A DNA stretch of 32,000 nt from Candidatus Heimdallarchaeota archaeon (lineage in GTDB: Archaea; Asgardarchaeota; Heimdallarchaeia; JABLTI01): NCBI GenBank assembly GCA_030614005.1, contig JAUWKS010000004.1:18840-50839 (forward strand), written 5' to 3'. Position 1 is the stretch's first letter. Every line of letters starts with the position of its first letter. A program made the translations under genes and the position numbers. The notes below the pieces were generated by a model, which saw only the letters and a list, made by a program, of their open reading frames with translations, had not been told where the DNA came from and did not search any database. Of this stretch, positions 1 through 9,839 are shown piece after piece.

Positions 1-473
1 GCAACAGCATCACAAACAAGTCCGATCAACGAAGAAGCAAATAATCCTTTGATAATTGTCTCTTCAGATGCTTTTAGTTTCTCAGCTACAGTATAAACAA
101 CAGCAGGGACAACACCAGAGGATCCAGCAGTTGGAGAAGCAACTATAGTGCCCATTGAAGAATTAAATTCACCGACGCCAATTGCTCGAGATACCACCTT
201 AATAATTGTAGAACCTGTTATGGATTTACTTTTACGGTTTTTTAGCAGTATTACAGCATCTCCGCCACTCATACCACTTGGAGATCTTTGCTCAATTTTA
301 ATGCCATTTTTAATTGAACTTACCATTACTTTCCAGATTTTGCCCATAGCAGACATAATTTCCTCTCTGCTTACTTCTTGAATCTCCATTTCATGTTCAA
401 TCATAATTTCGCCTAATGATTTTCCTTCAGCCTCAGCTTGCAGTATAAAAGGTTCCACGCTTGTAAGGGTCAA
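1..473 (-). CDS. sdaAA: L-serine dehydratase (iron-sulfur type) alpha subunit, 5' part only; the gene runs off the left window edge
   Basis: Hand translation of the minus strand (codon frame 468-470) is open down to position 3. It reads ...SVEPFILQAEAEGKSLGEIMIEHEMEI...TIVASPTAGSSGVVPAVVYT...ETIIKGLFASSLIGLVCDAV. It is absent from the ORF track because there is no in-window stop. A possible TTG start at 473 overlaps the sdaAB stop (ATGTTTTGACC); GTG at 458 is the alternative. The exact start is uncertain. Confidence 0.75.
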   Translation of the reverse strand, partial: MTLTSVEPFILQAEAEGKSLGEIMIEHEMEIQEVSREEIMSAMGKIWKVMVSSIKNGIKIEQRSPSGMSGGDAVILLKNRKSKSITGSTIIKVVSRAIGVGEFNSSMGTIVASPTAGSSGVVPAVVYTVAEKLKASEETIIKGLFASSLIGLVCDAV

Positions 474-1159
474 AACATTTCTTCTCCTTCAGTTAATTTT
501 GGAAGTATGCGCACTAAATCCATGCCTTTGATTTTAGCTAATTTCGCTTCTAATTCAGCAGGTGCTTGTTCTTCGATTTCAATAGTAGTCATTGCAATAT
601 CTTCTCGAGGAATATCTTTACTACAAAGTGATACAATATTAAGATTATATTCAGAAATCAATCCCGTTATTTTTGATAATGTCCCAATAAAATCTTTATG
701 TCGTAAAATTAGCGTAACCTCATTACCAGTTATTTCAGTTGCAAAACCCAATATTTCCCTAATTACTATATCTCCACCACCCACAGATTCAGCAATTATT
801 TCAGTAGGTTGTTCTGGATCTTCAATAACAATTTTGATACTATTAGGATGGTAATTTGCGCCTAATCTTATCCGTTTGAATTGAATATCTATTTCTGCTT
901 TTTTGGCAAGTTCATCAGCTATTTTAATTCGTTCATCAAAAGTTTTGAAACCCAACAATCCACCAATTACTGCTTTGTCACTACCATGTCCTTTCCAAGT
1001 TTCAGCAAAGGAACCATGAAAAAAGACCGTTACTTTCTTTGGTTCTTTACCATAGAGTAACCTCGCTGTTCTACCAATTCTTACAGCACCTGCGGTGTGT
1101 GAACTAGATGGACCAGTCATAATTGGACCTAGAATTCTAAATGCACTATCATCAGCCAT
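470..1159 (-). CDS. sdaAB: L-serine dehydratase (iron-sulfur type) beta subunit with C-terminal ACT-like domain
   Basis: The N-terminal FRILGPIMTGPSSSHTAGAVRIG matches the SdaAB signature (GPSSSHTAG). The C-terminal ~80 aa look ACT-like. The gene lies directly upstream of sdaAA. Confidence 0.88.
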   Translation of the reverse strand: MADDSAFRILGPIMTGPSSSHTAGAVRIGRTARLLYGKEPKKVTVFFHGSFAETWKGHGSDKAVIGGLLGFKTFDERIKIADELAKKAEIDIQFKRIRLGANYHPNSIKIVIEDPEQPTEIIAESVGGGDIVIREILGFATEITGNEVTLILRHKDFIGTLSKITGLISEYNLNIVSLCSKDIPREDIAMTTIEIEEQAPAELEAKLAKIKGMDLVRILPKLTEGEEMF

Positions 1160-1249
1160 ATATCTTACCTACTTTCATCGACTTTATTGATCTTAAATTA
1201 TTACTATGAAAAAGTAATCTGCTGATAACAAAAACTTTCCTAAAGAAAA

Positions 1250-2581
1250 TTATTTTCCACCAGCAATGGATGCTTTACTAATTTTTACTGCAGGTGAAAT
1301 TGAGCCGGATTCATTTATCAAACTCTTTGAAACACCCTCTACGCTTTTGAGCAATTCAAATATTGTCGTACCAACCATAGTTTCTTTCAGAGGATAAGAA
1401 ATTTCACCATTTTCGATTAAAAATCCTTGATCAATTAAAACGGAAATATTCGGTGAACCTTCAGATGGTCCTAGCGCGCTATCTTTGAGGTATATTCCCT
1501 TTTTAGTTTCTGAAATCATTTCCTCAATAGTCCAAGTGCCAGCTTCAATTTGCACTTGAGTTAAATCTGGGTGAGGTTTACTCCCTAAATTGCTTTTTAG
1601 TGCATTTGCTGTGTTCTCAATTCCTAAAACATTTGCGCAATAGGAATTTGAGAAATAAGCTTTGGCAACTCCTTTATCAATTAGTGTCAATTCCTTATGA
1701 GGTACCCCTTCATCATCAAAAACTGCAGAGCCAACTCCGCCTTCATGGAGTGGATTATCCTTAATCGTTATCTCTTCAGAAGTAATTTCTTCCCCTAAAC
1801 GATCTTTGAAAAAAGCAGTACCTAGAATTACTTCATAAGCATCTAAACCAGCAGCAACAATTGAGGAAAATGTATCCATAGTGCTTCTATGATCAAGAAT
1901 TACTGGTAATTCATCACTCGAAATTTTCTTAGAACCTAGTAAAGAAATAGCATTTTTTGCAGCTACCTTTCCAATTTTATTTGGTTTGAAATCAGCTTTT
2001 GCTCGAACTTTTTGAAAATCCCAAGATGTTGCAATATCACCATTTACTTCAGCTTTAGCAAAAATGACTCCTGTTAAGGAACTAAAAGTTTGAGATACCT
2101 CTACACCTAAACTATTGAAAATAGTTTCAGTAACGCATAACCTTTTGAAATTACCACTAACAACTACTTCATCTTTTTCTATTGCTGAATCAATAGCTTC
2201 AATGGCCATTTCAGTTAAATTTTCTGCGGGCAATTCACTAATGGTTTTATCCTCTAATCCTTTCACCTTTGGATACTTTGTGAATGGACCAGGTAACGAT
2301 GAGAACAAATCATCAGGAGGGGATAATTTACTTAATTTCACTGCTTTGTTTACAGAATCTTTTATTGAATCTTTATCAAGCAGAGATGTTGTAGCAATTC
2401 CCAAGCCTTTTTTTGTGTAAGCTCTTACACCAAAACCAGTAATAGTTTTGCTTTCTGAAGCAAAGATTGCGTTCTTCTCTAATTGAGTGATATCTGAAGC
2501 TCCTTCGAGGACGAAAATCTCAACTTGGTCGGCACCCTTCTTGATGCCATGTTTTATACCTTTAATGAAAAAATCATTCAT
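1250..2581 (-). CDS. pmbA: PmbA/TldE-type partner subunit of the TldD/PmbA metalloprotease (no HExxxH motif)
   Basis: 443 aa with TldD/PmbA-family length and C-terminal Gly-rich pattern. Its start abuts the stop of the tldD-like gene (2581/2582), indicating an operon pair. Confidence 0.78.
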   Translation of the reverse strand: MNDFFIKGIKHGIKKGADQVEIFVLEGASDITQLEKNAIFASESKTITGFGVRAYTKKGLGIATTSLLDKDSIKDSVNKAVKLSKLSPPDDLFSSLPGPFTKYPKVKGLEDKTISELPAENLTEMAIEAIDSAIEKDEVVVSGNFKRLCVTETIFNSLGVEVSQTFSSLTGVIFAKAEVNGDIATSWDFQKVRAKADFKPNKIGKVAAKNAISLLGSKKISSDELPVILDHRSTMDTFSSIVAAGLDAYEVILGTAFFKDRLGEEITSEEITIKDNPLHEGGVGSAVFDDEGVPHKELTLIDKGVAKAYFSNSYCANVLGIENTANALKSNLGSKPHPDLTQVQIEAGTWTIEEMISETKKGIYLKDSALGPSEGSPNISVLIDQGFLIENGEISYPLKETMVGTTIFELLKSVEGVSKSLINESGSISPAVKISKASIAGGK

Positions 2582-3976
2582 TCACTTGAGTCCCCCTACA
2601 ACAATTTGCTTAACAGCTAAATGCGGACCTCCAGCGTGAACAGGGACCGATTGAGAAGCCTTACCGCAACTACCTGGAAAAGCAAATTCGAGATTCTTTC
2701 CAAGAGCAACAGTTCGTTCTAATACCTCGAGACAAAGACCACTCATACTTACATTTTGTATCGGTGCACCAAGTTCACCATTTTCAATAAGATGCCCTCC
2801 TTGAGCAGAGAAATAGAATTCTCCCTTAGCAGTGTCAACATAACCACCGTACGAATTCTCAAGATATACGCCGTTTTTAATTGTTTCAAGTAATTCTTCC
2901 AAAGAATGGTCACCAGCATCGATGTATGTATTTCCCATTCTTACTATAGGACGATGATTATAGTTCATTGCTCGAGCAGCACCATTTGGTTCAACACCCA
3001 TTTTTGCTGCAGTTTCCATTGAATGAAGATAACCGATTTGTTTTCCCCCTTTTACTAATTGCCTTTTAATGGTCTTCGTTCCCTCAGAATCATAACAGTA
3101 ACTTCCACGTAAACCAGGAATAGTAGGATCATCATAGATATTAATGAGCTCTGATCCTAATTGCTCGCCCATTTTTCCCTTGAGAATAGAATCATCAGCG
3201 AGAATACTATCTGCTTCTTCAGAATGCCCAAATGATTCGTGAACATATACCCCTACAAGTGAAGGATCCATAACAATATCTCTTTTTCCACTTGGTGGTT
3301 TTTCAGCATTAAGTAACAATAGAGCACGTTCAGCTAATTCAACACCTTTTTGCGTAATGTCAAGTCTCTCAATTTCTTCCCAACCCGAAGTGGTTCCTTT
3401 TAAGAAGTAAACATTTTGCATGGTATCCCCTTCACGCGCTGTAGCCATACATAAGATGTTCAAATTACTATATTCTGTGTAAACTTTCGTACCAAGAGAA
3501 TTAACAATAATTTCTTTCTGAAACCAATTCTTTATTGAAGCATTTGTTTTGACAATTTTATCTGAGTAGGTTCTCGCTGTTCTTTCGAATTCCTCTACGA
3601 TTTCATACTTTTGTTCTAATGGAACGTCTCTAGGATCGTTTTTGTACTTTACTTTATATGAACCCTCTACTACATGATCCTCAGTAATCATGCCTTTTTC
3701 TTTTGACTTTATTGCTGTTGCTTTTGCAATTTTTATTGCTTTAATCAATGCTTTTTCAATTTCATCTAGCTCGGTTCCAACAATTGAAACAAAACCCCAA
3801 CCGCCATCAATTAATGCTCGAACACCTACACCAATATCATGATCATAACTAATTTGCTCAGGTCTACCGTTTTGTATAGCAATTGAAATTCCTTTTCCTT
3901 TCTCAATTCTGATATCTGCGAAATCGCCCTTCTTAAAAGTGAACTTTTCCAATATTTTCTGGGTTTTATCCATCAT
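2582..3976 (-). CDS. tldD: TldD-type zinc metalloprotease
   Basis: 464 aa containing HESFGHSEEAD (the HExxxH zinc motif typical of TldD). It is paired with a PmbA-like gene immediately downstream. Confidence 0.88.
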   Translation of the reverse strand: MMDKTQKILEKFTFKKGDFADIRIEKGKGISIAIQNGRPEQISYDHDIGVGVRALIDGGWGFVSIVGTELDEIEKALIKAIKIAKATAIKSKEKGMITEDHVVEGSYKVKYKNDPRDVPLEQKYEIVEEFERTARTYSDKIVKTNASIKNWFQKEIIVNSLGTKVYTEYSNLNILCMATAREGDTMQNVYFLKGTTSGWEEIERLDITQKGVELAERALLLLNAEKPPSGKRDIVMDPSLVGVYVHESFGHSEEADSILADDSILKGKMGEQLGSELINIYDDPTIPGLRGSYCYDSEGTKTIKRQLVKGGKQIGYLHSMETAAKMGVEPNGAARAMNYNHRPIVRMGNTYIDAGDHSLEELLETIKNGVYLENSYGGYVDTAKGEFYFSAQGGHLIENGELGAPIQNVSMSGLCLEVLERTVALGKNLEFAFPGSCGKASQSVPVHAGGPHLAVKQIVVGGLK

Positions 3977-4220
3977 TTTTAATCACAGACATCAAACTAA
4001 AGCATTTTTATTTGCTAACCATTTTAATTTTATCTAAAGATTTCGTTTTCATTAAAAATTACTGGTTTTTCTTAGTTCAACTTTTTTTGAACTCCAAGTT
4101 CAAGTTTTCTTTAAATAAACGTTTAAATAGTAAGATGTTTATCTAATTAAATGGACTTAATCGTGAGATTTCCCGAACGACGCGATGAAGGTTATGAAAT
4201 AAAAGAGATGAAAGCTAAAA

Positions 4221-7200
4221 ATGACAAAAAATAGGATAGTTAAAGGATCAATAGTAATGATCATCACCCTTCTATTTATGGCTATGACTATTTCGACAGC
4301 ACAACTTAAAGCTACAACAGTAGACGAAAGTAAAGTACAAATTGCTGATGCGGAATATACAGGAAGCCAATACATAGAAGGAATTGATATCTATCCGCTA
4401 AAGGATACTGCTATAGGAGTTAATGTAGGATTCATTGGTGGAACTGTTGAATTGCCTTTTGATGTTACAACATATAGTAATTTAGAAGCTTTGAATTTGA
4501 TCGTTGCAAATCAAGCAGCCTGGCGAATGCATTCTCAAAGAAGATTCTGGGATGTTTCGGACGGAACATCACTGATGTTAGTCTTTAGAGGATTAACAAC
4601 CGGCGAATCCCTCACTCAAGGGAATGCTATTGCAGCAATGATCGAAACAGCTTATAATTTCTCATTAAGCCTAGTATTTGGTCAATGGGAAGCAGGACTC
4701 GAAATATCTATTCTCGTATATCAAGGAAGAATAGCTGATGAAAGTGTATTTGATTCATTCACAGATGACTTTACCAGTTATGTGTCTGACGATGGATTTG
4801 GCGAAGGAATTACTTCAAGTGTGCTAAACAATGCACCTGTTAAAGCCATGGGTGTTTCATTAGTGAAAGGTAGATATTTACTAATGCAACCTGCTTTAGG
4901 TCTTATTCCAGTACTTGAGTGTGCTTGGATTGATCCTGATGGATTAGAGAAAGATGGTACAGTTATTGATGTAAGCTTGCTCAATATTATGCCTGATTTA
5001 ACTGAAGTTAGTGGGGCAGCAAATGCACTTGCAAGTATAGTCAAATTGGATTTACCATATGTCGTTGATGTTTTAGTAGTTGACCCTGATACGGATAATA
5101 TGTATCCTCATCTCAAAGGTAAATTTGAATGGGTTGTAAAAGTTGATCTTCCTATTTGGCAACGAGATGAAACATATGATGATATTTTTGTCTCCTATGA
5201 TCTTAATTTAAGTGACATGCGTTCTTATCCCCAAGTTATTGGTGAATTATCTCTAAATGCAAGTTTACCATTTAATGGTGGACAAGATATTGAATATATA
5301 TTCACCTGGGAGAACGTTGGCGCTGAAACGGCATACAATGTAACTCTCTCTTATGGAGAGTTTGCTTATGATGAATTGGATGGTTTTTCACTTCTCGTTG
5401 AAAACCCTGATTTAACCTTTGATGAAAACAAAATTATTTATTGCAACACTACAGATGGATATATTTCAGAAGCATTGCTTATTGGTTCAGATATCTGTTC
5501 AATTGAAGGATGGTTCTATAATGACACATCTGCCTCTTGGTTAGGAGTTGGTGGATATTATCCAGGTGAGAATTTAGACTATCTCATAAGTTTAGCCTAT
5601 ACTGAACAAACATACTTGCATCTAGATGTTGGAGATTTCGAGAAAACAAATCTCACAGATATTGAAGACGCATTCACTTTAACAACAACAATAGACGAAT
5701 TAGCTCCTGGAGAGAATGTAACCAAGAGTTTTGCTGTTAGAGATTTACCAACAGGTACTGTTAATATCTATAATTCAACTACAGGAACAATAACAAACGC
5801 CACTATTTTCATACAAGATTCTCCAAACTGGGAAGAATATTTCACTCTCATGTTGAGAATGCATGGTTCTTCATTACATATTCCTGAAGATCAAGTTACT
5901 TGGACTAATTGGTTCCCACAAGAAGTTGTTGGGTCAGCTTATGTCTATACTGAAGCTGATGGCACAGAATACATGGGATTGACAAATGGCTTAGTAATAC
6001 AAATATATGATGACGAAGCAGTTTTGGTTGGGAAAGTTAGTTTAGACAAAGATGTTTATACATTTGGTGAGAACGTAACCTTCACTTTAGAGCTTGAAAA
6101 CATCGGCAATGCAAATGCAACAGATGTGGATTATCAATTCTATCATGCATTTATTACAGATGATTTAGAATTAGGTTATATTCACGAGATTCTTGGATCA
6201 GAAGGAACTATACCATTAATTAAACCAGGTGAAACTGTTACAGTAGAATACACTGAAACAGCTACAACTAACATTGGTTTACATCCAGTGTTCGCTGTCT
6301 TCGGATATACAAGCGATGAACCCGGCACTGACCCAAGAGATGTTCCCACACCTTTACCTTGGTATCTAACTGAAGGTCTGTCAGAAGCACAAGTCAATTT
6401 TATTGAGGCGTTGGTTTATGCCAATCCAATATTCAATACTACCAGACACAATGCTGTTATTAGTTCCATGGATTTTGGATTAGTTTTACCACCTCCAAGC
6501 AAAGAAGGTACAACACAACCAACTTATCCAACACCAGAAGTTGAAGTTACAACTGAACTTCTCGGTTTAACAAATGATACTACAATTGGAGATGAATTAA
6601 CTCTTAGAACAACGATTACCAATGTTGGAGATGAACCAACAAATATAATCTATTTACAGAGAATTCCATCTAGCTTAGGTTTCGTAGCAGATACTGATAG
6701 CGTTACCGTTGAAGGAGTTGCAGTCTCTTACGATAAAGCTTGGGTTAACCCTCCATATTTCGGTATGACTATGGGCATTATAGCAGGTGACTTAACTACT
6801 CCCGTTGGAGCAATCGGTGTTCCACTTGATGTAAATGAGACAATGGTTATTGAAGTAACACTAGAAGTCAAAACAAGTGGTGAAATCTTCATTCCATCCG
6901 CAGAGATTCGTTACAACAGTGCTTACGATATGACAACACGCAATGGAATAAATGATGATTCATCTGCTCCAACTAATGAAACACAAACTGCGATGTTGAA
7001 TGGGCTTTATGCTACAAGTAAATCTAGCGATATAACAGCGGATCTTTCCATAAATGACATAGGTGACGGATCAGATAGGGCATCCACAAATAGTTGGGGT
7101 TCCTATTCCGATAGTTTAACTTTTGCCATACAATCACTTAGTGACCTTAATCCTAACTGGCGTAACTTCATCTATATTGGTGTAGGACTTATCGCAGTTA

Positions 7201-7250
7201 CAGGTGTAGCAGTGCTTATCTATTTCCGTGCAAACGGCAAAAAGCATTAA
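4221..7250 (+). CDS. Large secreted, C-terminally membrane-anchored surface protein with CARDB/DUF11-like beta-sandwich modules; predicted glycoprotein
   Basis: The N-terminal region MTKNRIVKGSIVMIITLLFMAMTISTAQ has a positive n-region plus a hydrophobic core. The C-terminal FIYIGVGLIAVTGVAVLIYFRANGKKH is a TM helix with a basic tail. Three modules carry the signature xENVGxxxAxNV: WENVGAETAYNVTL near 5301-5350, LENIGNANATDVDY near 6089-6130 and ITNVGDEPTNIIYL near 6613-6645. I counted about 16 N-x-S/T sequons by hand. Confidence 0.65.
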   Translation: MTKNRIVKGSIVMIITLLFMAMTISTAQLKATTVDESKVQIADAEYTGSQYIEGIDIYPLKDTAIGVNVGFIGGTVELPFDVTTYSNLEALNLIVANQAAWRMHSQRRFWDVSDGTSLMLVFRGLTTGESLTQGNAIAAMIETAYNFSLSLVFGQWEAGLEISILVYQGRIADESVFDSFTDDFTSYVSDDGFGEGITSSVLNNAPVKAMGVSLVKGRYLLMQPALGLIPVLECAWIDPDGLEKDGTVIDVSLLNIMPDLTEVSGAANALASIVKLDLPYVVDVLVVDPDTDNMYPHLKGKFEWVVKVDLPIWQRDETYDDIFVSYDLNLSDMRSYPQVIGELSLNASLPFNGGQDIEYIFTWENVGAETAYNVTLSYGEFAYDELDGFSLLVENPDLTFDENKIIYCNTTDGYISEALLIGSDICSIEGWFYNDTSASWLGVGGYYPGENLDYLISLAYTEQTYLHLDVGDFEKTNLTDIEDAFTLTTTIDELAPGENVTKSFAVRDLPTGTVNIYNSTTGTITNATIFIQDSPNWEEYFTLMLRMHGSSLHIPEDQVTWTNWFPQEVVGSAYVYTEADGTEYMGLTNGLVIQIYDDEAVLVGKVSLDKDVYTFGENVTFTLELENIGNANATDVDYQFYHAFITDDLELGYIHEILGSEGTIPLIKPGETVTVEYTETATTNIGLHPVFAVFGYTSDEPGTDPRDVPTPLPWYLTEGLSEAQVNFIEALVYANPIFNTTRHNAVISSMDFGLVLPPPSKEGTTQPTYPTPEVEVTTELLGLTNDTTIGDELTLRTTITNVGDEPTNIIYLQRIPSSLGFVADTDSVTVEGVAVSYDKAWVNPPYFGMTMGIIAGDLTTPVGAIGVPLDVNETMVIEVTLEVKTSGEIFIPSAEIRYNSAYDMTTRNGINDDSSAPTNETQTAMLNGLYATSKSSDITADLSINDIGDGSDRASTNSWGSYSDSLTFAIQSLSDLNPNWRNFIYIGVGLIAVTGVAVLIYFRANGKKH

Positions 7251-7280
7251 ACTGATAGATATCTCCCCTCAAATATAAAT

Positions 7281-7322
7281 GGAAGTCGGCTTTTCTCGGC
7301 TTCCTTTTCATCTTATTTTTTT
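7281..7322 (+). terminator. Hairpin plus oligo-T terminator downstream of the surface-protein gene
   Basis: ggaagtcg-gcttttct-cggcttcc forms an 8-bp stem with one G-U pair at 7281-7304. It is followed by TTTT and a T7 run at 7316-7322. Confidence 0.5.
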
Positions 7323-7415
7323 CTGTAAAAAACTACCCTTTTATGCTTTATATTCACTTGTCCCTACCGAAATGATTTTGATATACTTATCCCACATCCT
7401 ATTGAGGATAAAAAA

Positions 7416-9356
7416 ATGTCAATGAAAGAAGTTAGTTCTGATTACTTACGGGCTCGCGGTTTAAGTGAATCTGAGATTTTGGTTTATTCCACAGTATTGG
7501 GTCTTGGTAATGCTACTATTGGAGAAATAAACTTAGCTATTAAAATGGAACTTCCTGAGATTTATATTCAAATTAAGCAATTAGAGGAGATTAGCTATAT
7601 CAAGAAACTCCCCGGTAAAGTCCCCCGCTACATTGCTATGGAACCCTTCTTGAAAGATTATGCACAGCTAAGTTCTGAAGTTAAACTAGGACTGTTAAGC
7701 ATTAAGGATAATTTTCATACTCAAGTAAATGAGTTTAATACAAAAATCAAAACTGTTGTTCCGCAATTAGCGGATTTTTGCGAGCTGGAAAAAAACACCA
7801 GAACTGATGAGTTAGCAAAGAAATACGATAAATTAGAGCACAGTTTGAATCAAATGGTTGATAACAATTTTCAGCAACTGAACCATTTGGGCGTAGCCCT
7901 TAGCACATGGCCCTCTGACAGTATTGAAAAAACATTACCTGCTTTTGAGGGAGATTTAGAGACAAGTAAGGATAATTTTGTTGGGGCAATTTCCAAATAT
8001 GCTGACTCTCTAGTTATAGATTCTAGAGAGATAAGAGATAAATTAGAGAAATCAACAATTCACCATAAAATTCTTGTTGCAGAAAGGCTTGAGAAATTAA
8101 AAAGAGATATTGAAGATTCTCTTGCCGAACTTCGTGACAATATAGTAAAACAAAATTTCACAATAACATCTAGCTATAGTGCAAATCTTGACGAGAAAGA
8201 TGTCACTGCAAGGGAAAACGCTGCTCAAATTATCAGCGATTTAATCAAGAACGTAGTTATTCTTGCACGTGATATGGAGGGTGATATTAGTAGTCATACT
8301 TCTCAAATGATAAATAATTCACTTGGCCCATTATTTAGGCAATTTGATTTTCTTCAAAGTGAAGTTAAAACTACACTTGGAACACTCCTCGAAGAGCACT
8401 CAGAAGAAGTAACAAAATTCGTTCGATATGTAAATCATACAGTTGAATCTACAGTACCGGATGTTTTGGAATTAGTAACCACTCATCTTGAAGAGAGCAG
8501 AGATGAATCAGCTAGATTTATTGACCAAAAAATAACTGATCCCTTCAAAGAACTTGAAAAAATGAAAGGTGATATTGCTCAAGATATTTCTCAATTTAAG
8601 GAAAACATCACTAAAGAAGCACATAAACAAGATGAAGTTGCTCGTGCTTCGATTACAGATAGGCTTGCAAAAATTGAGGAAAAAGTTGACCTAAGTAAAC
8701 TAGAAATCAAAGATATAATATCACTTTCAAGGATAGACACCGAAGATATCATTCAAAATCTTATTAAGAATATTATCAATGAAAATTCAGATAAAATTAA
8801 TGCAACGACAACAATAATGCAAGAAGCAGGAAACAAATTAGATAATACTCTCGGAAATACTATTTTCCTTCTTGATGATTCTGGAAAAACCTTTGATGGC
8901 ATTGTCAATATGTCTGAGAAAGTTATGCCTCTAGCAGATCTCGAAATCAGTCTAATTTATGGCAATGAATGTATAGTTCGTGCAATGAAAGATATGCTCT
9001 TACGTGCGAAAGAAGAAATCACTATTATCACCCCTGAAATACTCACCGATTTCCTTTATGAAATTGAGAAGCAACCACAGGTAACTAATTATCAGCTTGT
9101 TTCCAAAATTAAAGAAGAAGATGTAAGTTTACTGACCTCTTTGGTTAAACGAGGAAATGTCAACACGATGAATTACAAAGGAATGGATTATTGGATTGCA
9201 ATTAAAGACAACGAAGAAATTCTTTTTGCACCAAGAATACATCCTGAGAAAAATATTGCTTTTATCACCACAAATCCTAAATTATTCCAACTCTTCTTTG
9301 ATTTAACAAATCAGAAAGTCTTTTCACAAATGAAAGCTCAAGAATTTCAATCCTAG
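7416..9356 (+). CDS. TrmB-family winged-helix regulator with a ~400-aa helical/coiled-coil insertion between the N-terminal wHTH and the TrmB-type C-terminal domain
   Basis: The N-terminal LRARGLSESEILVYSTVLGLGNATIGEINLAIKMELPEIYIQIKQLEEISYIKKLPGKVPRYIAMEP fits the TrmB wHTH pattern. The C-terminal IYGNECIVRAMKDMLLRAKEEITIITPE...LVKRGNVNTM...AIKDNEEILFAP resembles the TrmB C-terminal (PLD-like) domain. The middle region is charged and helix-prone. A GAGGA Shine-Dalgarno sequence lies 8 nt upstream of the ATG. Confidence 0.6.
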   Translation: MSMKEVSSDYLRARGLSESEILVYSTVLGLGNATIGEINLAIKMELPEIYIQIKQLEEISYIKKLPGKVPRYIAMEPFLKDYAQLSSEVKLGLLSIKDNFHTQVNEFNTKIKTVVPQLADFCELEKNTRTDELAKKYDKLEHSLNQMVDNNFQQLNHLGVALSTWPSDSIEKTLPAFEGDLETSKDNFVGAISKYADSLVIDSREIRDKLEKSTIHHKILVAERLEKLKRDIEDSLAELRDNIVKQNFTITSSYSANLDEKDVTARENAAQIISDLIKNVVILARDMEGDISSHTSQMINNSLGPLFRQFDFLQSEVKTTLGTLLEEHSEEVTKFVRYVNHTVESTVPDVLELVTTHLEESRDESARFIDQKITDPFKELEKMKGDIAQDISQFKENITKEAHKQDEVARASITDRLAKIEEKVDLSKLEIKDIISLSRIDTEDIIQNLIKNIINENSDKINATTTIMQEAGNKLDNTLGNTIFLLDDSGKTFDGIVNMSEKVMPLADLEISLIYGNECIVRAMKDMLLRAKEEITIITPEILTDFLYEIEKQPQVTNYQLVSKIKEEDVSLLTSLVKRGNVNTMNYKGMDYWIAIKDNEEILFAPRIHPEKNIAFITTNPKLFQLFFDLTNQKVFSQMKAQEFQS

Positions 9357-9497
9357 CTTTCATTTACTCCCCTCTTTTTTCTTTAAATAGTGACATCTCA
9401 ATAACAAAATACTTTATTAACTAGTTCTAAAATTCTCTTTATTGAGAAAGCATAATAATATGAACGAGTATCAATTATTGCGTATGGAGAATCAAAA

Positions 9498-9839
9498 ATG
9501 CCTAAAAAGAATGATAAAACAGCTGAAGCAGCTAGCATAATGGCAGAGCTATATGAATTAAGCATTCCAGGTCAATTAATTGGCAAGGAAGTCATTGATT
9601 CTTCGGCTCGCAAAATCGGTGTAATACGAAATGTAAAAATTACTTTTCCACCAACCAAAGTCAATGTTATTATTAAGGGCTTAGATGTGGAATTTCAATT
9701 ATCTTTTGATTCAATAGCAACTATTGGTGGAGTTGTTCAATTAAAAGAAACAATTAAGCAAGCTGAAGAACTAGAGATTCGCGATGTTGCAAGATTACGT
9801 GAAGAAATTGCTAATGAAATAGCATCGTATCTTCGATAA
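9498..9839 (+). CDS. PRC-barrel domain protein with C-terminal helix
   Basis: LIGKEVIDSSARKIGVIRNVKITFPPTKVNVIIKGLDVEF...IATIGGVVQLKE fits the PRC-barrel pattern (L.G..V.d..G..iG.v.d...d). A GGAG sequence lies 8 nt upstream of the ATG. Confidence 0.6.
   Translation: MPKKNDKTAEAASIMAELYELSIPGQLIGKEVIDSSARKIGVIRNVKITFPPTKVNVIIKGLDVEFQLSFDSIATIGGVVQLKETIKQAEELEIRDVARLREEIANEIASYLR

Noticed and set aside
148-854. Plus-strand ORFs of 77 aa and 138 aa (148-381, 438-854)
   Set aside because: They lie antisense to, and fully inside, the well-supported sdaAA and sdaAB genes. Their translations are low-complexity and rich in Ile, Ser and Leu, as expected of shadow ORFs.
4157-4375. Minus-strand 72-aa ORF overlapping the start of the surface-protein gene
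   Set aside because: It is antisense to the signal-peptide region of a much stronger ORF. It has no SD, and its hydrophobic translation mirrors the sense-strand TM segment.
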